IMG/VR virus record: IMGVR_UViG_3300033156_000439
Location: 1-64,000 of that record
Origin: a virus
Direction: 5' to 3' (one strand)
DNA length: 64,000 nucleotides
In this document: one piece after another, positions 9,985 to 19,840 of the stretch
How the letters are laid out: each line of letters starts with the position of its first letter
How positions within the stretch are numbered: position 1 is the first letter of the stretch
Made by a program: the position numbers and the translations under genes
Notes under the pieces: model-generated
What the model was told of the DNA's origin: nothing
The model's database searches: none
What the model saw: the letters and a program-made list of their open reading frames with translations, nothing else

Positions 9985-10842
9985 CTAACATTTATGTTTC
10001 CTCCATTTACACAATTTGGGGACACAGTATCCTTGTTTTCGTATCTTTCCACATGACGGAATTCTGTATTTTTTACTCCTTATTTGGTTTATCTGGTATT
10101 CTGTCATTTCCTCATCCCAGTCTTCCCAGTTATACCGTCTTGCCTCATCAATCATTTCTTCGTTGCTCTTACCTTGCGCTATCCTTAGAGCTGCCCAACC
10201 AAATCTTACGAACTGGGATGGGTGTCTCCCTTGGATGAAATACTCAATACAAGGGCGATAATACTCCTGATCTATTTCGTCTGGTAACGAGTGAAAGATT
10301 CTTGTTGGTAACTCACTACCATCAAGAAGCTCAAAAGGACTTGTGAATCTCGTCAGATTTTGTTTTATTATTCTCACCCTCCGATTGAGTTCTGGATAAT
10401 AACTCCCAGGAAGACGAGCGATGCCATTCAAGATGCCATCTGTAATATCATCATAGTGTTCAATTCCAACTGTCTCAATAATATAGTCTGAGATACATCG
10501 AAACGCGTTTGTATCAGTTTCGGTAGGCGAAAGATGAAGATAGAAATGATAGCCACGCTTAGGCTCTGCAACAGTGTAAGAGTAATTTCGTCGTTTACAA
10601 AAATTTTGAAGTTTGATAATTTCTCTTTCCGCTTTGGGCTTTTCACAATCAAAATCAAAAAAGAAGTAAAGAGGAAATGCTTTATTCTCTTGGAAGACGC
10701 TAATGCTTGCATAAAGAGGGGACCGAGTCATCAATCGTTTTTTAATCTCCCTTGATGAATGAACCGGAAATTGCTTTCGACTTTCCACAGCAATTCTTCG
10801 GTAAAAGCCCTTAGGGACATAATAGAATATGTCATAATTCAT
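9985..10842 (-). CDS. Archaeo-eukaryotic primase, PriS catalytic domain fused to a PriL-like C-terminal domain
   Basis: FFDFD motif I, GYH motif II, RLPGS; C-terminal RPCI...PSC..IRKQGYC...C cysteines. Confidence 0.8.
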   Translation of the reverse strand: MNYDIFYYVPKGFYRRIAVESRKQFPVHSSREIKKRLMTRSPLYASISVFQENKAFPLYFFFDFDCEKPKAEREIIKLQNFCKRRNYSYTVAEPKRGYHFYLHLSPTETDTNAFRCISDYIIETVGIEHYDDITDGILNGIARLPGSYYPELNRRVRIIKQNLTRFTSPFELLDGSELPTRIFHSLPDEIDQEYYRPCIEYFIQGRHPSQFVRFGWAALRIAQGKSNEEMIDEARRYNWEDWDEEMTEYQINQIRSKKYRIPSCGKIRKQGYCVPKLCKWRKHKC

Positions 10843-11173
10843 ACTTCGTGATTAGATTCCTTGAGTAAAGAAATCCTTGATTTGTTTGTCGAATTTCTCC
10901 AGAAGAATGTGCACGTTCCTACTTTCCTCTTCCGAATCTCCTCTTCTTGAGACTGATATGACAATGGTTAAAGATCTACTTTCATACCTTAATTCGTATT
11001 CACGTTCAACATTATACGTCATTTTTCACTTCCACAATTTTATTATTTGCGATTATAGCACGAGCATCTACTATTGTAACATCACCTTTAGTTGAGACAT
11101 ATACATCTCCGTTTCTAAAGACTGTAACTCGAACACCATACATCTCAATTGTTTGACCCTCCATTGACTTCAT

Positions 11174-11851
11174 TTAAACCCCTCCTTTTAAAAGGAAAGT
11201 TTCAAGGTTGTCTGCAACATCTTCTGCTGAATCCAGTACGTTCTCTAATCTTTTAAGAATGTCCAGCAGAAGTATTCTTTCACCTTCACTTTTAAATAAC
11301 CCATTTGTGATGGAAGTGAACCATTTCCTGTATAATTCATCTCCTCTAACTTCACATTTGTTTATACTTTCTATGAAGCTACTTAGTTGTTTCTGATTAT
11401 AAATTACGTCAGGAAGTAGCGTTACTGCACAATACGTGTCCATTATGGCTTTCTCGATATATCGAATAAAAGAATCACGCAATCGAAGGGCACGAGGATT
11501 ACAATCGAAATTAGTTATTCTCCACACTACCGCCTCTATGCTGTCTATGATATCGTCAAGATTTTGTAAGAAACGTCGAATATCTTCCTTCTCTTCGGTT
11601 ACTCTCGTGTGATCATACAAGAGGGACCTAATTATATCATGAACTATAACGTCAGCTTCCACCTCCAGTGTCTTGGCTCTAACGTTCGTGGTAGAAGGAT
11701 GTTCATTTTCTCCCAAATGTTTTAAGTTGTCAACGCTTTTTACCGCCAAGGATGCCAGTTTTTCAAAATCCGAAAAGTATTTTTGAGTCCTCGGCAAGGC
11801 ATGACTGAGGATTCTTCTAATTTGTTCCAAGATTTTGTTTAGGGTTTTCAT
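11174..11851 (-). CDS. DUF47/PhoU-like phosphate transport regulator
   Basis: LEVEADVI...EDIRRF..LDDIID...CEVRGDELY...LENVLDSAEDVAD duplicated helical motif. Confidence 0.8.
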   Translation of the reverse strand: MKTLNKILEQIRRILSHALPRTQKYFSDFEKLASLAVKSVDNLKHLGENEHPSTTNVRAKTLEVEADVIVHDIIRSLLYDHTRVTEEKEDIRRFLQNLDDIIDSIEAVVWRITNFDCNPRALRLRDSFIRYIEKAIMDTYCAVTLLPDVIYNQKQLSSFIESINKCEVRGDELYRKWFTSITNGLFKSEGERILLLDILKRLENVLDSAEDVADNLETFLLKGGV

Positions 11852-12494
11852 TTTGATTATCTTTATCTTTTCCATAAAAGAAATCGTATATTCGTTTCTT
11901 TGCAGGAGTATCCGCATTTTTGGCTTCTTCTATTACGCTCATGAGAGTCCCGTATTCCTGAAGTAATTTTTCAGCGGTCACATTACCAATACGAGGAACG
12001 CACATAAGGGAAGCAATCCTTAGCGAATGTAAATTCGCATTAAGTTTTGAAATTTTGAGGTCTGCTGTTCGGGGAGGTTTAACACTTACCTTCTTCTGGA
12101 ACATCACATCAAGGTATTTGAATGCACTACTCAACTTTGCAAATTCTATGATAGGGATGCCCATCATAAGGACTGAAACCTTTGCACCTTCCACCATTGA
12201 ATTAGTGATTCCCCTCCTTGAGATCACTTCTCGCCAAGAGAAATCATCCCCGTCAATAAGGAGAAACGAATGTTTATAATTTGTTTTCATTACATACAGA
12301 TTTGTCCAAAAATCTGAACGCCTTGCTGATGTAACAAAATCTGAAGGAGTCTTTCGTTCCACTATTATGTCCTCGAATTGGATGTCCCCAACCTCCAATT
12401 TAGCTCGTTTAACTTTATAGTCCTTGAGAGTTTTGGTTGCAATGTCAAGAACGTGTTTGGGTTCTCGAGTGTCGATTATTACCTCTTTGTCCAT
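11817..12494 (-). CDS. ERCC4/XPF-type structure-specific nuclease with HhH
   Basis: IDTRE, LEVGD, ERKT..D, VPRIG...AEKLL. Confidence 0.88.
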   Translation of the reverse strand: MDKEVIIDTREPKHVLDIATKTLKDYKVKRAKLEVGDIQFEDIIVERKTPSDFVTSARRSDFWTNLYVMKTNYKHSFLLIDGDDFSWREVISRRGITNSMVEGAKVSVLMMGIPIIEFAKLSSAFKYLDVMFQKKVSVKPPRTADLKISKLNANLHSLRIASLMCVPRIGNVTAEKLLQEYGTLMSVIEEAKNADTPAKKRIYDFFYGKDKDNQNENPKQNLGTN

Positions 12495-12496
12495 CT

Positions 12497-12847
12497 CTAC
12501 CTGTACATAGGATTGTCAGAAGAGATAGAATTTGTATTTGAATTTACATCAGGATATGATGCGCCTTGAAGGGAGAGTAAGTCCTCCTCACTCAATTCCT
12601 CAAATAATTCTGCAATGAGCTCCTCCAAGAATAAATCTATTGCATCGTCCAAATCTTCCTTCTTTATGTCCTTAGCCAATTCCTCAAGACACATGACCAG
12701 CGCTGCTCGTAGTATAGCTGGATTGTCTTCTCTTTCCTTCAGCTTTAGAAGTATATCCTCTTTCAGTTTCTTAGCTGATTGTTTACCTTTCTTAGAACTA
12801 ATGACTGTGCCTATCGCAGCACTTATCCTCTCTAAGTTTATCTTCAT
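12497..12847 (-). CDS. Hypothetical acidic helical protein
   Basis: ORF in operon. Confidence 0.6.
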   Translation of the reverse strand: MKINLERISAAIGTVISSKKGKQSAKKLKEDILLKLKEREDNPAILRAALVMCLEELAKDIKKEDLDDAIDLFLEELIAELFEELSEEDLLSLQGASYPDVNSNTNSISSDNPMYR

Positions 12848-12875
12848 GCTTCTTGCTCCATCTTTGACAATCGAA

Positions 12876-13640
12876 TTATACAAAACCATGATCTTTTTTC
12901 AGGGGAAGCTGATGCCATTTACTTTCCAGCTTCCCCAAATATCTTCTTCTTCGTATTTGTTTATAAAGAGTTTTAGCATCAGTTTCTACCTTAAAATTAG
13001 GAGTACGAAGTTGAAGAACATATTTTGCGTTATAAGCTAAAGTGTCTCCACCCCAAATCCTTCCTTCATCAAATTTATTCGCTTTATCTTGACTTTGATG
13101 TGATACCACCACTATTGCCACATTGGTTTCGTCTAAAATTAACGATAACTGACCAAGGATCCGAGATATGACATCTGCCCTCGCACCAAAGTTCTGTCTT
13201 GCACTACCCATCGCACCCTTGATTGGGGTAGTGATAGAATCAAGCACCAAGATGTCACATTTATGTTGTTTAATGTATTCTAAGACTGGAAATTTCTCGG
13301 TAGTGGTAATATTACTCTCAACTTTCCCTGCCTTGCCCTCTTGTCCTTTAGTAATTAATTGAATATCTAATCCAAGTACATTAGCTAATGAATAGAGAGA
13401 ACGACAATTCAATTGAAAAGGCTGACGAAATCGCTTTTCGAATCTGGGTTGGAGAAACTCACTAAATGCTTTTGGATCCCCAATCTCGGTATTTATAACT
13501 ACACTATTGTATTGACAAGCTAACTGATAAGCCAATAAAGACTTACCAGAATTGGGACCTCCAAAGAGAAATAGCATCTCATTGGAGGTCAAACCACCAT
13601 CTACTAATTCATCAGCTACTTTCGAATCAAATTTGAACAT
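12876..13640 (-). CDS. RadA/RadB-like RecA-family ATPase
   Basis: Walker A GGPNSGKS, Walker B LVLDS, HQ, GG..L.Y. Confidence 0.85.
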   Translation of the reverse strand: MFKFDSKVADELVDGGLTSNEMLFLFGGPNSGKSLLAYQLACQYNSVVINTEIGDPKAFSEFLQPRFEKRFRQPFQLNCRSLYSLANVLGLDIQLITKGQEGKAGKVESNITTTEKFPVLEYIKQHKCDILVLDSITTPIKGAMGSARQNFGARADVISRILGQLSLILDETNVAIVVVSHQSQDKANKFDEGRIWGGDTLAYNAKYVLQLRTPNFKVETDAKTLYKQIRRRRYLGKLESKWHQLPLKKDHGFV

Positions 13641-14523
13641 TTTGTAAGGACTCCAATATGGATAGTACAGATACATTAGGTGGTTTTACGGTACCACCCT
13701 TAGCTTCTGCGTGTCCACCAACTTCAATCTCTATATTAGATTTTTCAGCTCCTTCTCTGAGTTTTTGTTCAAGCCACGAAGATAAATCACCCCGTATCGA
13801 GAATGAACCTGTCTCTGAATTCTGTATCAATACAGTCTCTTGCATGTCCCTTGAGAGTTGAGTCGCTATTCGACCCTCAACCACTATGTCCGATGATATC
13901 GTTCCTATCAAAACGTCGTTCCACTCTACTAACTCCAACTCTTGTAGAATGGAATTGGTGGTTGTTTTTAGCAACTTCTTTGCTTCTACACATCGAGGAT
14001 CATTTACAACGTCCATCGGACTCTCTGCTTCCTCAAGGACGTCCCAAGCGTCAAATTCTTGTCCTAATCTACACAAGGCGTTTACGCCAGACGACAACAG
14101 ATGATACAATCTGAGATGAAATGGTTCATGTTTCCAACCATAGAATTTTGTGTGTCTCGCTTTCAACATAGGACAAGTATCCCACACTTCTGGAGGAATT
14201 GAATAAGGCTCCATATCCCCAACCGCTCCTACTGCAGTAATCCACCATTTTTCTGTGGGAATCTTGTCCTTATAATTTCTGAAGACAATAACAGTTGTTG
14301 GAACACTATCGAAAATTAGTTTATATTTTTTATTCTCTGGATGACCTGGGTGGTGATCGATTACGAGTCCCTTGAATGAGGGACTTGGGTGCATGTCAAG
14401 GACGACAGTCGAACCTTTCGCTACATCTCCAAAATTACGAATCTCTACCTCAGTATCTCCACTTGCTAAAGAATAAAGATAAGCAGAGGCAAGACCATCC
14501 GCGTCATGGTGAGTGGAAATCAT
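13627..14523 (-). CDS. DHH-family phosphoesterase (RecJ/GAN-like)
   Basis: HHDADG, LDM, IDHH, GD, FSIR, GGH (DHHA1). Confidence 0.85.
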   Translation of the reverse strand: MISTHHDADGLASAYLYSLASGDTEVEIRNFGDVAKGSTVVLDMHPSPSFKGLVIDHHPGHPENKKYKLIFDSVPTTVIVFRNYKDKIPTEKWWITAVGAVGDMEPYSIPPEVWDTCPMLKARHTKFYGWKHEPFHLRLYHLLSSGVNALCRLGQEFDAWDVLEEAESPMDVVNDPRCVEAKKLLKTTTNSILQELELVEWNDVLIGTISSDIVVEGRIATQLSRDMQETVLIQNSETGSFSIRGDLSSWLEQKLREGAEKSNIEIEVGGHAEAKGGTVKPPNVSVLSILESLQNVQI

Positions 14524-15119
14524 TTTTTCAGTTTCAGTCCGTTCTTACCCAAAGAGTACACTCTGCCCTTAAGAGATGTCAAAACTTCCTTTACGGAATC
14601 GAAGTCCTCTTCTCCTATTTCAAGTCCAACTTTTAGTGCCAACTCGTCGATGTTCGCGTATGTCTCACCCTCGCAGTTTTTCAGAGCTTCCTTTACCTTT
14701 CCCTCTAACTCACCCATCTCTTTGATTGAAACCTTCCATGTCTGGGTGCCTTTCCTCTGCATCGTAAACACCAAGTCGTTCCACTCCTCAGGATTATCAA
14801 CGTCTCGTCCACTCTCCTCTATCGCTTTTCTTATTGCACCTACTGCACTCTCTGTTACAGAGAGGACAGCAACCGCGTCCTCCTCCATTGCAAATATGTA
14901 CGTTTCCAGTACTCCATTTCTAAGCTTCTCGCTCACTTCCCTCCCAGCAAGATCCGTTTCCCCTGGGAAGTATCGTATCCACTCACCCTTACCGAGCTGT
15001 GTACCTTCAGGAGTTGTCCCTCCCTCAAATCTAAATGTTACCACTTTTCCATCATTCTGTCCAAAAAATATCACAGGAACTGTGGTTTTTATTTCACCCA
15101 TCTTAACTACTTCTGGCAT
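14520..15119 (-). CDS. Hypothetical protein, possible single-stranded DNA-binding protein
   Basis: Beta-rich protein heading the replication operon, strong GGAGG RBS; the functional call is positional only. Confidence 0.45.
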   Translation of the reverse strand: MPEVVKMGEIKTTVPVIFFGQNDGKVVTFRFEGGTTPEGTQLGKGEWIRYFPGETDLAGREVSEKLRNGVLETYIFAMEEDAVAVLSVTESAVGAIRKAIEESGRDVDNPEEWNDLVFTMQRKGTQTWKVSIKEMGELEGKVKEALKNCEGETYANIDELALKVGLEIGEEDFDSVKEVLTSLKGRVYSLGKNGLKLKK

Positions 15120-15144
15120 ATTTCATACCTCCTCTTTTTTAATT

Positions 15145-15504
15145 TTATATTTTATCCTCTTCTCTAAATAAACAATGCAAAGCAGTTGTATAAGATGCTC
15201 GCAAAGCTCCTTTGTGAATCTTTATCAATTCCTTTTCATACTTCTCTTTGTTAGCTACGTTGGCAATGGGAAGAACTTGTTTCCACTTCATAGCCTCACA
15301 ATGAATTGCGGAATCAAATGTATCTGTTATGTCTCTGACTATACTCTTTTGGCTAAAATCTCCTCTAAACAAGTTGGAGACTCTTTCACGATAACTTTCT
15401 CTAATCTGCTCTCTTTCGAGAGGCAAATGAAAGTCTCGATTTTCGATTTCAGCACTTATAGCTCTATCAAAGATATTCAATATTTTCTCTACTATATCGG
15501 TCAT
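15145..15504 (-). CDS. Hypothetical protein with two internal repeat units
   Basis: IFDRAISAE...IRESY and TFDSAIHCE...LRASY units. Confidence 0.65.
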   Translation of the reverse strand: MTDIVEKILNIFDRAISAEIENRDFHLPLEREQIRESYRERVSNLFRGDFSQKSIVRDITDTFDSAIHCEAMKWKQVLPIANVANKEKYEKELIKIHKGALRASYTTALHCLFREEDKI

Positions 15505-15766
15505 ATCTCTTTCCTCCCTTAACACTATAAATATATTAAGACCAAGGAGAGTACTTTGATAGCTCATTGGAACGACTCCCGAATTTGTTTCTGTGTTCTC
15601 GAAGAAAAGTACCATCGAAGCCAACTCTTCTTGCGGTGGTGGACACCTTCCTCTGTGATGCGTCCATATCTATTCACAAGAAACTTCTTTATGAATCTCC
15701 ACTGGTCTTCTATTTCTAAAACCCTCATTTTATGTTCCAATATAATATATCAAATTTGAAAGTATG

Positions 15767-16027
15767 TTAGTGTGCTTTACACGGCTGGACAATCGAGGTG
15801 ATACGGGAATTACTCACGCCGACCCTACAAAGATAAAATGACGCCTCTTTTTCACAGTATCCTTCTGCTACAATAAAACTTAGTTTTTTGTCTTCATTCA
15901 TTAGAATTATATCTCCAGGTTCTAAGTACTGAAATTCACCTACTCTTGAATTATAATGAGTGAGTTTTCTATGTTCCTTTTTGCATAGAGGACACTTGTG
16001 AGGAATAGACAAAATTATAGCGCCCAT
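15767..16027 (-). CDS. Small Cys-rich hypothetical protein
   Basis: CPLC plus a distal Cys; in operon. Confidence 0.6.
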   Translation of the reverse strand: MGAIILSIPHKCPLCKKEHRKLTHYNSRVGEFQYLEPGDIILMNEDKKLSFIVAEGYCEKEASFYLCRVGVSNSRITSIVQPCKAH

Positions 16028-16363
16028 TGTTTAGTACTTGTCTTTCTCATATACAACATAAATGATGTCTTCGTCTCCATGAGGAGTTACAAACATTGCT
16101 TTGACTGTAACTCCAGGTTGATTCAATAGTTCTTCTACCTCAAACAAAAGATTACTTTTAAACCTTCTTATATGCTTCATTTTCACACCTCCTATATTCC
16201 AAACATCAAAATAGCCGTAATCGAAAGGACTGTAAATAAAAATGTTATTAAAGCTAAGGTGACCAATACCCGCTTGAATATAGCTATGACATCATCGAGA
16301 TATTCTCTTTCATTCTTCCAAATTACCTTCAATCGTTCCAGCATTTCATTCAATATTCCTCCT

Positions 16364-16905
16364 TCAATATATTTGTTTATCGTAGGAGTTATGGAGTTTC
16401 ATACTCTTTCTCCTCAACATTAGGAGTAATCCTACTCCAAATTCCTTCAATTCTTCTAACGACTCGCTATTTTGTTTTAAGATAACTCCTTTAAAATTCC
16501 AGACTTTTGTGGTTGTCCACACTCTTCCAAATTGGAAGATAGAAACAGAGGATCCGTACTTAGAGCGATACGTGTAAAGTGTGTGTACTAACTTAGAATA
16601 GTCCTTTTTCGATAGTTTAATTAAAAAGTCTACAATATCAGGATGGCGTCTTTTTAAAGAATTAAAATGGTAATAATAGAAATCTATATCTGAAATTCCT
16701 CCAAAATAAAAACAATCGTCTGCTTGAAAAAGAAAGTAATAGGATTCTTCCTCGATATTCTTGGCGACTCGAGCTATATCGTTTATGTGTCGATCGACAG
16801 AACAAAGCTGTCCTAATTTTAAGAGAGCGAGATTTTCTCGGAATCCTGTTCCGAACTGTTAATGCCAACTACTTCTCCAGGAGTTGAGATGATTATTTCG
16901 TCCAT
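16364..16905 (-). pseudogene. Array paralog 1 (frameshifted, absent from the ORF track)
   Basis: MDEIIISTPGEVVGI.. continues after a -1 shift at T4 16833-16836 as ..NLALLKLGQL...FGRVWTTTKVWNFKGVILKQNSESLEELKEFGVGLL. Confidence 0.75.
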
Positions 16906-17399
16906 TTCTTTCCAAGAATCGTAAGCAGTCCTATTCCCATTCTCTTTAGGTCTTGGAATTCCTCCTCTTGCTGTTTAAATATAATTCCGTTGAAACACCA
17001 AAGATCAATGAAGTTCCACTCCCTCCCGAAAATTTCCTCTCGAATTGGTGGAACAGTAAGGACTTTTAATTTGGAGATCTCTTGTATGAGCTTTTGAAAC
17101 TCGTCATTCGCTATATCGAGCAGTATAATTACCGTTTGTGGATCCGGTCCGCGAGGATAGTCATTGAAATGTACAGATATGTCTTTTATCTCGCCCATAA
17201 AGTAATCGTCATTCACTCTGAATAAGAAATAATAAGGTTCCTGTTTAACAGACTCGATGATTCCCAAGATATCGCTAATGTATTTTTGGAGTGAAAGCGA
17301 AAATCCAAACTTTAGGAGTATAGCTATTTTCCCGTCTATATCTTTAGGAATTCCTAATACTTCAGCAAGAGACGAGATTGTGATTACGTTCACCACCAT
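16893..17399 (-). CDS. Array paralog 2
   Basis: Ends FNGIIFKQQEEEFQDLKRMGIGLLTIL. Confidence 0.85.
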   Translation of the reverse strand: MVVNVITISSLAEVLGIPKDIDGKIAILLKFGFSLSLQKYISDILGIIESVKQEPYYFLFRVNDDYFMGEIKDISVHFNDYPRGPDPQTVIILLDIANDEFQKLIQEISKLKVLTVPPIREEIFGREWNFIDLWCFNGIIFKQQEEEFQDLKRMGIGLLTILGKKWTK

Positions 17400-17919
17400 A
17401 GTTTGCTCATCTCCTTTTTCACCTCAAATGACTGTCTGAATAAGGTAAGTAATCCAATTCCAACACTTCTTAAGTCCTCCAACGTCTCATCTTCTTGCTT
17501 CAGAACGATCCCGTTGAAATTCCAAATCTCCATAGTTTTCCATGTTCTTCCAAAACGAGTAATAGTGGAAGATTTACATCGTGAATTGATATACATCCGA
17601 GTTAACTTATGATAATCCTCTTCTAAAGTTGAAATTAAAAAATACGAAGCTTCGGGACGGCTTGGATGATAATAATAGTCGTTGTATATATCTATCTCTT
17701 CTATTTTCCTATGACATAGTCAGCTTTACCTTTGGATTTGCCATCAAACATAACGTAATGAGGTTCACTCTTGATGAGTGGAACTAATTTACAAACCCTT
17801 TCAATATATTTTTCAAACGAAAATAAATGCCCAAATCTGACTATCGCAACATTTTGCTCGTCCTCAGGGATTCCTACTACTTCAGCGGGGGATGAAATAA
17901 TAATTTCATTCATTACCAT
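17390..17919 (-). pseudogene. Array paralog 3 (frameshifted)
   Basis: ORFs 17701..17919 and 17390..17596 join if one T is added to T4 at 17704-17707 (GKIEEID, versus GKIEEIE in the neighbour). Confidence 0.8.
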
Positions 17920-18426
17920 ATTTCACACATTTCCGGTTCAAGCACCTTTCTAAACATAGTGAGTAATCCAACTCCTATGTTTTTTAAATCTTCCGGTGTT
18001 TCATTTGTATGTTTCAGAATTACTCCATTAAAATTCCAGATTTCCATCGTCTTCCACGATCTCCCGAAACGAGGAATGGTAGAAGCTTTATATAGGGAAT
18101 GATTATACATCCAATACAGCTTACTGAAATCCTTCTCTGAGATAGACAACAAAAGACCTGCTCCTTTAGTAGAATAATTTCGAAAAAGATTATAAGTTTC
18201 AATTTCCTCTATTTTTCCCATGATATAGTCGATCTTTTTCTTGAGCTTGACTTCGAAGACAATATAGTAGGTATCGTTTTCGATAAAAGACACTAATTCT
18301 ATTATTGACTTGATATATTTTTTTTGGAAACTTGAACAAATGCCCGAATCTTACGATTGCAGTATTTTCTTCATTTTTAGAAATCCCCACTACTTCAGCA
18401 GGAGTAGCTATCAGAAGCTCCTTCAT
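17913..18426 (-). pseudogene. Array paralog 4 (frameshifted)
   Basis: ORFs 18199..18426 and 17913..18293 join if T8 at 18318-18325 is T7 (FPKKYIKSIIELVSFIE). Confidence 0.8.
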
Positions 18427-18429
18427 TTC

Positions 18430-18681
18430 CTACGGCTCAATTCGTTCCGGCTCTCCCCATTCTGTTGCTGAAAATCCTTTCTCGCATTTTAATCGTTTCA
18501 AAATAACCGTCATCATGTCTAAAAGTTGTGTTTCGCTTAGACAAGTGAATTCTCGTCCAATGGTAAATTGAATACAGTGTCCGTATTTCCGTCCTCCCAC
18601 GAAGGCTGTTAAGAGTAAGTCTTTACCGCCTCTGAGATCTTTCTCATCAATTGATTCGTATATCCTTATATTCTTGCTCAT
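18430..18681 (-). CDS. Hypothetical protein (not an array paralog)
   Basis: 83 aa ORF with GAGGG RBS. Confidence 0.65.
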   Translation of the reverse strand: MSKNIRIYESIDEKDLRGGKDLLLTAFVGGRKYGHCIQFTIGREFTCLSETQLLDMMTVILKRLKCEKGFSATEWGEPERIEP

Positions 18682-18736
18682 CTTTCCCTCTTATCTTAAT
18701 CTCATTGCCATAGGAGTATTCGAGTGTAAGACCACC

Positions 18737-18845
18737 TTAAAATCTTGCATGATTCGCATATATTTCGCTTCTATGCAAATTTTTCTTCGACCTTAATATT
18801 TTCTATGTGCTGACTTCAAAATTTTGTTATATCACATTTATGTTG
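18737..18845. repeat. Dispersed imperfect palindromic repeat, copy D
   Basis: aaaatcttgcatgattcgcatatatttcgc...gcaaatttt...aaaattttgttata matches the reverse complement of copy A. Confidence 0.6.
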
Positions 18846-18853
18846 ATCTGACA

Positions 18854-19333
18854 TCACATAAGGTAATCATAGTCTGCTGGAGAGAGAAGACTCAATACAC
18901 CAACGCCTGTTTCGATGAGTTCCTCTTTCTTTTCGCTATCAGAAACCAAAATTACTCCTACAGTGAGAGGACTAATGCGCATTTCTCCTTTCATTCCTCC
19001 TAAATAATAATTGGTAAGACAGGACAGATAAACGTGCAATTTGTAATCATAAGAGGCTACGAACTCAATCTCTTTGTTTACATGAACACGTATTTCTTGC
19101 AGATTAAGGGAAACTATTTCTTTCTCCAAATTGAGAAGCAAGAGGATGTTCTCATTCCTTATGCTAAATCTTGAAGGAAAGGACTTAGTTTTTGGAGAGA
19201 GACGCAAAGTATAGATTTTAGCTAAGAACTTCTCTGAGCGAGGAAGAGTAAGTCTATTTAAAATTATCAATTTAGTACTATCTTTCTCGAAGAAGAATTT
19301 GAGAGAATCTGAAACGAAAGGTATTAGCTTCAT
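18854..19333 (-). CDS. Array paralog 5
   Basis: MKLIPF start; ends VGVILVSDSEKKEELIETGVGVLSLLSP. Confidence 0.85.
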   Translation of the reverse strand: MKLIPFVSDSLKFFFEKDSTKLIILNRLTLPRSEKFLAKIYTLRLSPKTKSFPSRFSIRNENILLLLNLEKEIVSLNLQEIRVHVNKEIEFVASYDYKLHVYLSCLTNYYLGGMKGEMRISPLTVGVILVSDSEKKEELIETGVGVLSLLSPADYDYLM

Positions 19334-19840
19334 TTACATATACTTTTGAAGAATTTCGTCAGGTGAATAAACGCTCAACATTCCGGTACCAACTTCGATG
19401 ACCTCTTCTTCATTTTCATCTTCATCGTAAAAGACGACCATACCTGTTAGAGGAGGACTAACATGCAATTCCCCATTTCCCGCCTTATATAATTTATTAT
19501 TATTATTATTATTAGTTATATTTATTATATTATTATATATTTTATTATTATACGTACTGTGTAAGACAAACTTCATTCTTTTTTGGGCACATATCTTGAA
19601 TATAGGAATAGAGACAATTGTGTAGTCTTTATTAAGAATCAACATGATCTTCTTATCTTCAATACAAAACGTTAAAGGGAGAGAGACATTGTTGATAGTC
19701 AACTTTCTTCTATAATAATAAACTTTTCCTAAAAATCTAAAAGAATAGGAAAGATAAGTTTTGTCGATAATCTCCAGTGAAGGACTCTCTCTTGCAAAGA
19801 AGAACCTGAGTGATCTCGAAAAGAATGGTATTAATCTCAT
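19334..19840 (-). CDS. Array paralog 6 (with Asn-rich tract)
   Basis: MRLIPF start; ends TGMVVF...EEEVIEVGTGMLSVYSP. Confidence 0.85.
   Translation of the reverse strand: MRLIPFFSRSLRFFFARESPSLEIIDKTYLSYSFRFLGKVYYYRRKLTINNVSLPLTFCIEDKKIMLILNKDYTIVSIPIFKICAQKRMKFVLHSTYNNKIYNNIINITNNNNNNKLYKAGNGELHVSPPLTGMVVFYDEDENEEEVIEVGTGMLSVYSPDEILQKYM

Noticed and set aside
14506-15171. Long antisense ORFs in the track (e.g. 14506..15171 +, 32283..32756 +, 56786..57280 -)
   Set aside because: They are shadows of well-supported opposite-strand genes, Ser/Phe-rich, with no RBS or motifs.
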